From Cetorhinus maximus (Eukaryota): a stretch of DNA of 64,000 nucleotides. This document shows, piece after piece, positions 48,100 to 58,800 of this stretch (position 1 is the stretch's first letter; every line of letters begins with the position of its first letter). The DNA lies in NCBI RefSeq assembly GCF_964194155.1, contig NC_135908.1:10788001-10852000 (forward strand), read 5' to 3'. A model generated the notes under the pieces. That model was not told where the DNA came from, made no database searches, and saw nothing but the letters and a program-made list of their open reading frames with translations. Position numbers and translations under genes: made by a program.

Positions 48100-48645
48100 C
48101 GACCCACACCGGCCCCGCCAATCACAACCCGGGCCCCGCCCCACACCGGCCCCGCCAATCACAACCCGGGCACCGCCCATCAAAGCCCGGGGCCTGCCCC
48201 CGCCAATCACAGCCCCGGCCCCACCCCATACCGGCCCCGCCCCACACCGGCCTCGCCAATCACAACCAGGGCCCTGCCCCACCACAGCCCGGGCCCCGCC
48301 CCACACTGGTCCCCGCCCATCACAGCCCGGGCCCCGCCCCCGCCAATCACAACCCGGGCCCTGCCCCACACCGCCACCCCCCGCCCATCACAGCCCCCTA
48401 GGCCTCGCCAATCACAACACGGGCCCAATCCCTCACCGGCCCCCGCCAATCACAACCCGGGCCCCGCCCCACCCCGGCCCCCGCCAATCACAACCCGGGC
48501 CCCGCCCCACCCACACCGGCCCCCGCCAATCACAACCCGGGCCCCGCCCCACACTGGACCCGCCAATCACAACACGGGCCCCACCTATCACAGCCCAGGC
48601 CCAGTCCTGCCAATGGATTGGTTGAGAAGGCGGGAGAAGTGGTAA
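48100..48645 (-). promoter_or_regulatory. FAN1 proximal promoter: CpG-rich tandem array of CCAAT and GC boxes
   Basis: About 13 imperfect copies of a ~37-bp unit ccggccccgCCAATcacaacccgggCCCCGCCCcaca, directly upstream of the ATG. Confidence 0.75.
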
Positions 48646-49410
48646 ATGGCATTCAATCTGGAAAAATGTCAGGTAACGAATGCATTTGGGGAGGGAAAAC
48701 AAAGCAAGGGAATATGCAATAAACGGGAAGTTGAGAGTGGTTGAGGAAGTGAGACATTGGAGTGCATGTCCACAAGTCCTTGAAGGTGGCAGGACAGGTG
48801 GACAAGTCAGCCTATGGAATGCTTTCCTTTATTGGGCAAGGTATTGAGTACAAAAGCAGGGATATAATGATGAAACTGTATAAAACGCTGGTTAGGCCAC
48901 AGCTGGAACTTTGTGGACAGTTCTGGTGACATTACAGGAGGGACATAATTGCACTGGAAAGAATGCAGACGAGATTTACAAGTATGTTGCCAGGGCTTGA
49001 AAATTGCAACTAAGAGGAGGCTAAAAGGGTGACCTAATTGAGGTGCACAAAATTATGAGGGGCCTGGACAGGGTAGACAGTAAAGACTTGTGTCCCCTAA
49101 CTGAGGGGTCAATTACCAGGGGACATAGATTTAAGGTGATTGGTAGAAGGATCAGAGAGGACATGAAGAAAAACTTTTTCACCCAGAAGGTGCTGAGCAT
49201 CTGGAATTCACTGCTTAATTTGTTGGTTGAGGCTGAAACACTCAACTCATTTAAAAGGTACCTGGATCTGCATCTGAAGTGCTGTAACCTACAAGGCTAC
49301 AGAACAGGTTCTGGAAAGTGGGAATAAAATGAGCGGCTAGTTTCTTTTTGGCCAGCGCAGACAAGATGGGCTGAACGGCCCCTTTCTGCACCATAACTGT
49401 TCTACAGTTC
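48630..49410 (+). mobile_element. CR1 3' fragment between the MPHOSPH10 3' end and the FAN1 promoter
   Basis: HKIMRGLDRVD...KKNFFTQKVLSIWNSL plus 3' UTR. Confidence 0.88.
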
Positions 49411-49632
49411 TATCTGGCAGGCTCCCATCCAATTCACTTATGTTTATCAGTCTAAGATGTTCTTTGCACTTACCACTTTGAATCCTGTGGGCTATAAACC
49501 GGCAGAAAAAGCGATTCTTTTTGTCACACCGGTCAGTATGACTAAGTTTAGCAGGTGCCTGATGCAGCTCTATCACACGACCTGGGAATCTTATAAAGTG
49601 ACACTCCAACCAGCATAGAATAAACTCAGTAT

Positions 49633-49638
49633 TTTATT
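49633..49638 (-). terminator. MPHOSPH10 polyadenylation signal
   Basis: AATAAA on minus strand about 75 nt after the TAA stop. Confidence 0.65.
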
Positions 49639-49710
49639 AGGAAAAAGCCATGTTTTAAATAAGTACAGGAAACAGATGGGTCAATTTTTAGAAGAGGTAA
49701 AGGAGCTGTA

Positions 49711-49860
49711 TTAAAGTTTCAGCTTGCTTGCTGAAAGCTCTCTGTGTTTGTTCTGCTTCTTGGCTCCGATCTTGGCTCCTTTCAACTCAGCTTTCACTTG
49801 GTCTTGTAACTGGGAGAAAAAGGCCTTTGAAGAGCGTAGAGTTTTGTCTTTCCCTTCATC
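49711..49860 (-). CDS. MPHOSPH10: MPHOSPH10 last coding exon
   Basis: [22 protein letters not shown]...ELSASKLKL*. Confidence 0.93.
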   Translation of the reverse strand, partial: DEGKDKTLRSSKAFFSQLQDQVKAELKGAKIGAKKQNKHRELSASKLKL

Positions 49861-52800
49861 CTTTTAATAGTTAAAAATAATTGAGTTAGAGTCCACTTTT
49901 GAAAATTTGGCTTTTCCTTCCTGATGAATTACATTGGGAAAATAAAGGCATGAGAATACAGATTGTTCCATACAATGCTGCATTGTGCCAGGGTCTACTG
50001 TAATAAACAGGAGCTCCTATTCAGGGTACTGATGCCTCAGGCAGTATCTAAAAGGAGTGACTTTAGAAACTCTTATCTAAAGGAGTATATAACCCAGTAA
50101 ATGATGATTAAGTGAGAGGTTGCATTCAAGAACGAGCAGGTAATGCCGAAGTATGATGCAATTTGGGCAAGCAAACTGATCCAAGGTTTTGAGATAAAAT
50201 AGCGAATGCTAGAAATACACAATGGGTCAGAAAGGGGAGGTCAGTATTCCAGTCAGCTCTTCATACAAGGACCCAACCATAACATTAACCTATCTTTTCT
50301 CTCTCAGATGGTGACAGCCTGCTGTGTAGTATTTTTTTGAAACTATAGGGAATTTGAAGGGGAATGGAAGCAAGTTAAATGACACTGATGGTCTGTTTGA
50401 AATTGCAATGCTGTACATGGAAGGAACTTGGCCTGAACATTTTGTAAAGGAAACATTTGCTGGCAATTTATTCAGTCACTCCTTGCTGTGAACAGGAACA
50501 ATGAGACTCACAGGGTGATTATCTGGCGAAGGAAGCAATCATTGAAAGGAAATAAAACATTCTAAAATTAATTTAATCTCTCCTTCTGACATATTCAACA
50601 GCCTCATTACACTGCTCCAATGTTCATCACCATACGACAGTACTCACCTTCAGCAGCGTCGCCTTTCCTTCCTGGGTCAATTTCCTCACTTTTTCAGCAT
50701 TCTTTTCCTTCACTCGTTTATTACTCAGCTTCACATTCAGCTTCTCCAATACTTTCTGACGCGCCTCCTTCTCTCGTAATCGGAGACGTTTCAGTTTTTT
50801 CTTCTTCCTTCTCTCCCGTTTCTTGTCTGTTGCTGTCTTTTCGGTGTCTCCTTGGAGGTCCCCAGCTCGACCCTTCTCCTGTAATTATCAGCCCAATCAG
50901 CACTGCGACACTAACTGCAGGTCTTGCATCTCATTCAATACAATAATAAACCAGCTTCCATACAAAACAGCCTCGATAATAAATACAATAAACAGCCTCT
51001 ATAATAATAGCAATAAGTCAGCTTTCATAGAAAAACACATCTTACCCATCATCGCACCCCACCCCCCTCCCACCCCGTAGAGCCTCACTGGTGCTGCAAA
51101 TGCGATGAATCTCAACCATAATCCCAATCCTGATCCCGTTCTCATTCAAAGTGTGTATACTTATTTTCCAGCATGGAGTCACTAACACAATTAGGAGCAG
51201 AGGTACAAGCTTGGGTTCCTTCTCTAAAACCATAAGCGTAGAGAGTAATGTCACATTCCTTCCCCAGCTGGTATCAGTTAAAGGCTGGGCACTGCGGGGC
51301 TCAGTGCCATTCCATGGAGGGGCTTAGTGCTGTTTGCCTTTACATTACCTTCCTCTTTAGTTTCTTACCTTGACTTCTTCTGGTGCCAGTAGAGTGGCAT
51401 CACTGACATTCACTGGTGCCACTTCCTCCATACTAATGGACGGCAGGTTAGAGACCACCTTCACTTCAGGCACAGGCTGACAAAAGAAAAAAAGTGTCAT
51501 TACAAACTCACCCCTGACTACCAGGAAAGTTTAAGCAACCTTTGCCCTCCTACCTTGCTCCAAGGCCAGCTGAGGACACAGTTCAATGTGCAGAGATGCT
51601 CAAAGTGACCTGTCCTCCAGATATGGCAGCAGACAGAAACTGAATTTTGCACAGCACAAAGATCAGAGAGTCAGAGTGTTGTAGACTGCAGGATTAAACC
51701 TGGCCTTAGGGCAAGTGTGTGAGGGTCACAAACTGACTGCATTCAAACTGCAAGTGCAGTCCACTACACAAAAACAAAGTTTAAATGTCAAGGGAAATAC
51801 TGAGCACTTGAACTGTAGACTTTATGTTTTGGCGCCAGAGTCTGAACATTCAATTCTACTCCAGCAGTGTGGGGAATGAGTGCCTATGATTTTACCAGTT
51901 CTCTCTGACAATCTGCGCTCTGATAGTCTTCCCTCCTGAGACCTAACTCTTGTTGTCTACAGTACCACAGGTATTGCTCACATGGTACCACATCCAGGTA
52001 GTAATTCTTCCTGTGTGTGCTGAGATTAAGAGACATCCAATTACATTTTCCAGCAGGGGTCACAGGGTAATCCAAAGGAGCAGGAACTTTAGTTACTTTC
52101 CCCTTTACCAGGGTGCTGAGGCGCATTGTGGTTTCCCCCCCTGCTGCAATCAGCTAAATCAGCACAATCCAGAAATAGTGCGTGAGATCTTGCTGATCTG
52201 AATTGCTTCAGCAGCCAGCCAGTTCCAGTCACACTGAATGTAAAACATCAAACAACGCAACAGGGGTAATGACCATATCCAGTGGATGTCAGTGTGGCCC
52301 GGGAGTAGACAACAGCTGTGCCCTTGCAGCGGCGGAGTTAGGCAGTCCATGCTTGTCTCCAGTTAACCTCCAATGTTACACCATTTCCTTTACTTACCGG
52401 TTTTGGTGTGAACTGGAAGTTTGAGAGTGCGTCTAGTTTGAGGAAAAGGGAATCCATCAACTTCTGGATCTCAGCATGCTGCAGGTTTTCCTCCGTTTCA
52501 GACTTTTGCTGCAATAATAAAACTTTAATTTAAAGATCTGACAGGCACACAGCCAACCAACAGTTAGCTGATCTCTCAGACTCATATGACAACGGACTGT
52601 AAATCTAACATTTGACTCTCAGCAACTACATTTATTAATTACAACTTAACCGTTCCAAATATCACATTACTATTAAACAAGCAACTATACATATTCCTCT
52701 CCAAACTCTCTATTGACAAAGTCCAAATGTTTTAATTTTTGTCAAATATGTCCTCTACTCAAGGTGCTGACTCTCATTGGGGGACAGTTCCTGAAGGTGC

Positions 52801-55800
52801 TGACTCTCACTGGGGGAACAGTTCCTGTAAGTGCTGACTGTCACTGGGGGACAGTTCCTGAAGGTGCTGACTTTCACTGGGGGACAGTTCCTGAAGGTGC
52901 TGACTCTCCCTGGGGGACAGTTCCTGAAGGTGCTGACTCTCCCTGGGGGACAGTTCTTGAAGGTGCTGACTCTCAATGGGGGACAGTTCCTGAAGGTGAT
53001 GACTCTCAATGGGGGACAGTTCCTGAAGGTGCTGACTCCCACTAGGTGGGGTGGGATAGTTTTAATGGAACAGTTCTTGTTTATTACCATACCCATATGC
53101 TTAGCCTGCGTATGTGAAAAAAATGTGTCGCAAAAGCATTCAAAGTTTTTCCTGTTCATGGGATGTGGGAATCGCTGGTTAGGCCAGCATTTATTGCGCA
53201 TGCCTAAATGCCCTTGAGAAGGTGATGGTGTGCTGCCTTCTTGCACTGCCTCAGTTCATGTGTTGTAGGAACACCCACAGTGTTGTTAGGAAGGGAGTTC
53301 CAGGATTTTGTGCAACTGTGCCAGGCATCATTGCTGAGCCCGATTCTGGTCCAATTTCCTGTGTTTAATCTAGATGTTGAAATTGTTGTAATTCCATTCA
53401 AATTAATCCTTTGTTCAAACCTCATCTAATCCCCAAGGTGTTTGTGCCTCCTGAGATCACCTAAGATTATTACCTGAGTTTGCTTTAAATATTCTTGCTC
53501 GTAGACTTCAGCCAGACTCAGCTTGCTTTTCTCATGGTCCAAGGTGAGTCGCTTTTTGTATTCAAAGACCTCATCTTTTGGTTTTTCTTTACGTACAACA
53601 TCGTCCCAGGCCTGTAACACAGATCACATGATGCTTACCCATCAACAACTGATTAATGGCCATTCTTAAGTGGCTGTAATCAACAGAACTTACAAAACAG
53701 AAATAGTGCAGAGAACTGGACCCAACCGATTCCAATATGACTTCAGTTAAAAGGAACCTTGTGGAAAATCCACTGTTTAAGACAGAGTAAACATATCAAT
53801 ACTGAACATTCACCTCATCAATCCTAGCTGAAACAGAAAATGCTGCACATGCACATCAACACACAAAGTGAAGAGGCAATGAAACACTTGGGATGGGGAC
53901 CTCATCATAGCTCCAGCGGCCACCCAAACTGGTCCACCTGCTAACTGCACTTCTTCCTTTTCACCATCAGCCTGATTGACCTGCAATACATATTCTAGGA
54001 TTTTGTGTTATTTCTGATTGGAGGAAAGATAATTTATCCCAAAAGGGGACATTCAGTCCTTGTCACCAGAATCAAAGTTAGGAACTGGTTTTCCACAGCT
54101 CCATTTTCCTTCTTTCTTGCCCCATCTTTAACCACAGCAATTAGAATATTAAATCTAATGCCAACCACATGCAGCAAAGTGTTCCCTTTCCATAACTTCC
54201 TCCACACTGGCACATTACATTAATGCTTATCTCAAGGTCACAGCCTTGCCTTTGATCTGATCAATTGGCCTCGTTTATCCTGTTCATCATTTAGAATAGC
54301 TCAATGAACGCCTCCCACACTGATCTCTCTGCTCTTGCACACAAAATGGAGCGATATATTCTCAATCTAATTACAGACTCCAGGGCCAAGAAAGATCTAC
54401 TTTTAATTAGAGATGGTAGTAATTCAAGCATACAATTCATTATAAATTTGACATATATGTGAATCATTAATCCCACTTCAATAACTCCACTACTTTCCAT
54501 TCTTTACAACATCTTCATTTTCCACTCTATTAGCTGCAGTTGTCTTTTGTGTTTTCCACATTTTGTTCTACTTTAGATTAAGAATCTATTTTCTTGCTTT
54601 TCACGTTTGGTTTAAATGGAACCACATTTTCTCTGTAGCACTCCAGTGGGTGAAACGTGTGAATACACCACACTTGGCAAGCACTAGCTGCCCACATAAT
54701 TAGGCACCAATGCACAGTTAGAATATTCCAAGCCATCAGTTGCTAGGCATACTAGGGTACGTGGCACTAGCTGTTAGGTTGGAGATTTTCCTGAGTAACT
54801 TATTTCACAGCTTCTTGCTGTCAGTTACTCAGGAAAATCTCCAACCTAACATAAGCTGGTCCAGGAGTTACTGACAAAGCCTTCCACTGACCTGGTCTTT
54901 AATCCTCTGCATAATAACATCCTCCAGTTGAAGTGTTGTCTCCTCAGTGATGACAGGAGCTGGGAACAGAGATCAGAAATTAGTACAAACTCAATACAAA
55001 GCAAACTATAACACAACTTTAATGTTTCAGGTCAACGATCCTTCATCAGAACTATGAATTCTGATAAAAGATCACATACTTGAAACGTTAACTCCCTTTC
55101 TCGCTCTACAGATGCTGCCTGGCCTGCTGAGAATTTCCAACATTTTCAGTTATAATTTCAGCAAAGCTTAATGCTAGGCCAGTAAACACACTATCTCATA
55201 CATCCAGACATACCAAAACCAAAATGAGTGGTCTTTGCCAACCCTCCCGCTTCCCCAGTTTCAAGGTGAGTGTGCAAGGGCAAGACATACCCTTTCTGAC
55301 TGCATTGTCAAACAGGAGGTCCTCCTCCAGCAGGCTATTCTCTGGTCGTTTCTGGGCACTGACCTCTCCCAGGAGCTGCCAAGGCTTCTGTTCCAAGGCC
55401 GATTTCTCCAGCTGCTGGATTTGTGTGTTTAGCTAGAGGAAACAAAACACAACGCTGGTTACCCGTGGAATTACACTGCATAGAAATTACAGGCTGGACA
55501 CCAGCCATTCACCCAAGCAGCCCAAGTCGATGCTTATCCTCCACACAAGTTATTCTAATCCCATGTCACTGTTCTTTTCCTTCAACCACTAATCCAACCC
55601 ATTCCTAAACTAACTCTGCAACCTCTCAACCCTGAGTAAAAATGTTTCTCCTGCTCTCTGTCCCAATAATTTTACATTTAATCCTACATGCATATCCCCT
55701 CAATCACCAAGAACAGTCTTTCAATCTACTCTGTCCAATCCCTTCATAAGTTTAACCTCTTGTAACAAAAACAGTCCAGATTTTTCTAGAGCAAAATATC

Positions 55801-58800
55801 GCAGATGTTGGAGATCTGAAATGAAAACAGAAAACATTGGAAATACTCTCAACAGGTCAGGCAGCATCTGTGGAGAGATAAAAACACCTGATTTTTTTTC
55901 AAGGCTTTGTATTAAGACTTCTAACATCATCTCTTGCTTCCCCACAAATTTAAAATTCTCACACTTATGTTTAATTCCCTTCATAGCTGTTACCCTCCTT
56001 ATCTCTGCAACCTTTTCAGCCATACACCATCCACCCCAAAAATCCCTTTCCCCCAACTGCAACCCTTAGTGTCTCCCCTACTCCCATCACCCCACTATTG
56101 GTAGCCATACCTTCAGCCATATAAGCTCTAAGCTCTGGAACTCCTCTCTAAATCTCTTCATCTGCAAGACGCTCCCTGACCAAACTTTTGATCATCTTCC
56201 CAATAACTCCTTTGGGGGCTCTTTTATATCTCAGGGAAGTGTGTTGACATTTTCTTTCAGCTGAAAGTGGGTGTGGATATTGTGCCCTGTGCCTGAATTA
56301 ATAATCATTCCAATAATCACCTTTTCTTGGCGTTTTTCGAAGGCTGATTTTGTCTCTTCTGGCTTCTTTCCTCCTATCTCATTGGCCAATTCTTCCACAT
56401 CACTGTCATCTGACAGGTTAAAACTAACTTTCTTGTGGGCCCTCTTGGCCTCTAGGCTACTCTCGGATTCAGCCATCTCCTCCTCCTGGTCTCTGGGTTA
56501 CAGAAAAAAAGAAACAAATTAATACAACAAATAAATATGGGATCTACACTCTAGTTTATAAGTAGAATACATCTATTTTCAGCTTGTACTTATGTTGTTA
56601 TGTGCTATTAAGCATGATACCACAAATCAAATTCTTACAGATTACCAGGGGGGTGTGTGTGACACAGACCAATTGCTGGTGCTGTGCAGCGTATAATTCT
56701 TTCAATAGCTTCTACAGGACTCTGTTGCCAGTGGTTCTGAGGACCTGTGAAGCCAGTAGCCCAGACTGCATCCCATCGCTAATCTCATTTAGACCGTTAG
56801 TTGGGCTTCTACATCTAGTCTCAGTGCCATGACTAATTGTACATGAATAAAGAGGTTCAGCAATCCAGATGCATATCATTAAAAGCCAAAGCAGAGAAAG
56901 AACAGTAAGATCAATGGGTGCTGGACTTCATCATAAGGTACAGAATAAAAACCAAGACAGTACCCATTGCAGACACACATTGCTGGTAGTCTTCAACTGG
57001 AGGAAAGTCCAGCAACAGAAACCTGGATCATATATGGAACAAAGGAAATGGCAAACAAGGGTTATATTTGCAGGTGATGAGGAGGATAAGGGCTAATCTG
57101 TTACCCACTGTTGACCAGTTGGCGGACACTCAGTTTCACCTAAGACAGGAAGAGTCACCTGAAATGGATCATTCTCAGGATGACAGGCTGTTACTAGTGG
57201 GGTACCACAAGGATAAGTGCTAGGCCCACAGCTGTTCACAATCTATATAAATGATTTGGATATGGGAACAAATTGCAATATTTCCAAATTTATTGATGAC
57301 ACCAAACTGGGTGGGAACGCAAGTTGTGAGGAGGATGCGAGGAGGCTTCAAGAGGACTTGGACAGGCTAAGTGAATGGGTTAGAACATGGCAGATGGAAT
57401 ATAACGTGAATAAATGTGAAGTTATTCACTTTGGTAGGAAAAACAGAAAGGCAGAATATTTCTTAAATGTCGAGAGGTTGGAAAGTGCAGTTTCCAAACA
57501 GACCTGGGTGTTCTTGTTCATGAGTCACTGAAAGTTAGCATGCAGGTGCAGCAAGCAATTAGGAAGGCAAATTGTATGTGTTTGTTGGCCTTCATCGCAA
57601 AGGGATTCAAGTACAGAAGTAAAGATGTCTTGCTGCAGTTACATAGAGCCTTGGTGAGACCTCACCTGTAGTATTGTGTACAGTTTTGGCCCCCTTATCT
57701 ATGGAAGGATATACTTGCCACAGAAGGAGTGCAACAGAGATTCACCAGGCTAATCCTGGGATGTCAGGATTGTTTTATGAGGAGATATTGAGCAAACTGG
57801 GTCGGTATTCTCTAGAGTTTCGAAGAATGAGAGGTGATCCCATTGAAACATTCAAAATTCTTACAGGGTGCGACAGGGTGGATGTAGATAGGATGTTTCC
57901 CCTGGCTGGTGAGTCTAAAACCAGGGAACATAATCTCAGGATAAGGGGAGGCCATTTAGGACTGAGATGAGGAGGAATTTCTTCACTCAGAGGGTGGTGA
58001 GTCTTTGGAATTCTCCACCCCAGAGGGCAGTGGAAGCTCAATCACTGAGCATGTTCAAGACAGAAATTGATAGATTTCTGGAGGCTAATCCAGGGATATG
58101 GGGATAGTGCGGGAGAGTAGAGTTGAGGTAGATGATCTCATTGAATGTCAGAGCAGGCTCGCTGGGCCAAATGGCCTACTCCCGTTCCTATGTTGAAATG
58201 TCAGAGGAATGTCAGTGATGCTGGAGTTGGATCCAGTGCCTAAGGGTGGGGGTAGGAGGAAATGGAGGAAACAACTTCAGAAAACATACTCATCGATTTC
58301 TTCCCCCTCCTCAAATTTTTCTGGCTCTGGTTCCCCTTCTGCCTCAATGCTTTCTTTCTCCTCATCGCCATCTTCTTCTATAGGTTCCTCATCCATGACT
58401 GGGTTGAAGAAATCCTTGTACTGCAGGTTCCTGGAACTCTTGGTCTGACAAACAGCAAACAAAATTCAAACATGTAAAAACAGTAATACAACAGAGTTCC
58501 TTAATCTGATCTTAAGTCACAGAACATCACTTTGCACAACCTGCAGCACTGGGTACATCCTGCACACTGGCCACAGCTGACCTCTATCATCCCTTACTCA
58601 GAGTTGTAAAATTCAGCTGTCTGACTGTGTGCTCTCTCATCCTGCCTCTCCAATCCACAACATTGATATCTACTGAAGAGATTATACTCTCGCTGTTACA
58701 CTCTTCTCAAGGTGTCTTTGTAATCCAGATGTGTGTGAGGGGGAGACTGAGAGCAAGAGAAAGGAAGAGAAAACACAAGAGAACAAACATCTCTGAGATA

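Noticed and set aside
47821-48702. Several Pro/Gly/Arg-rich ORFs upstream of and antisense to FAN1
   Set aside because: Products of the GC-rich promoter repeat; none encodes a UBZ finger or other recognisable domain.
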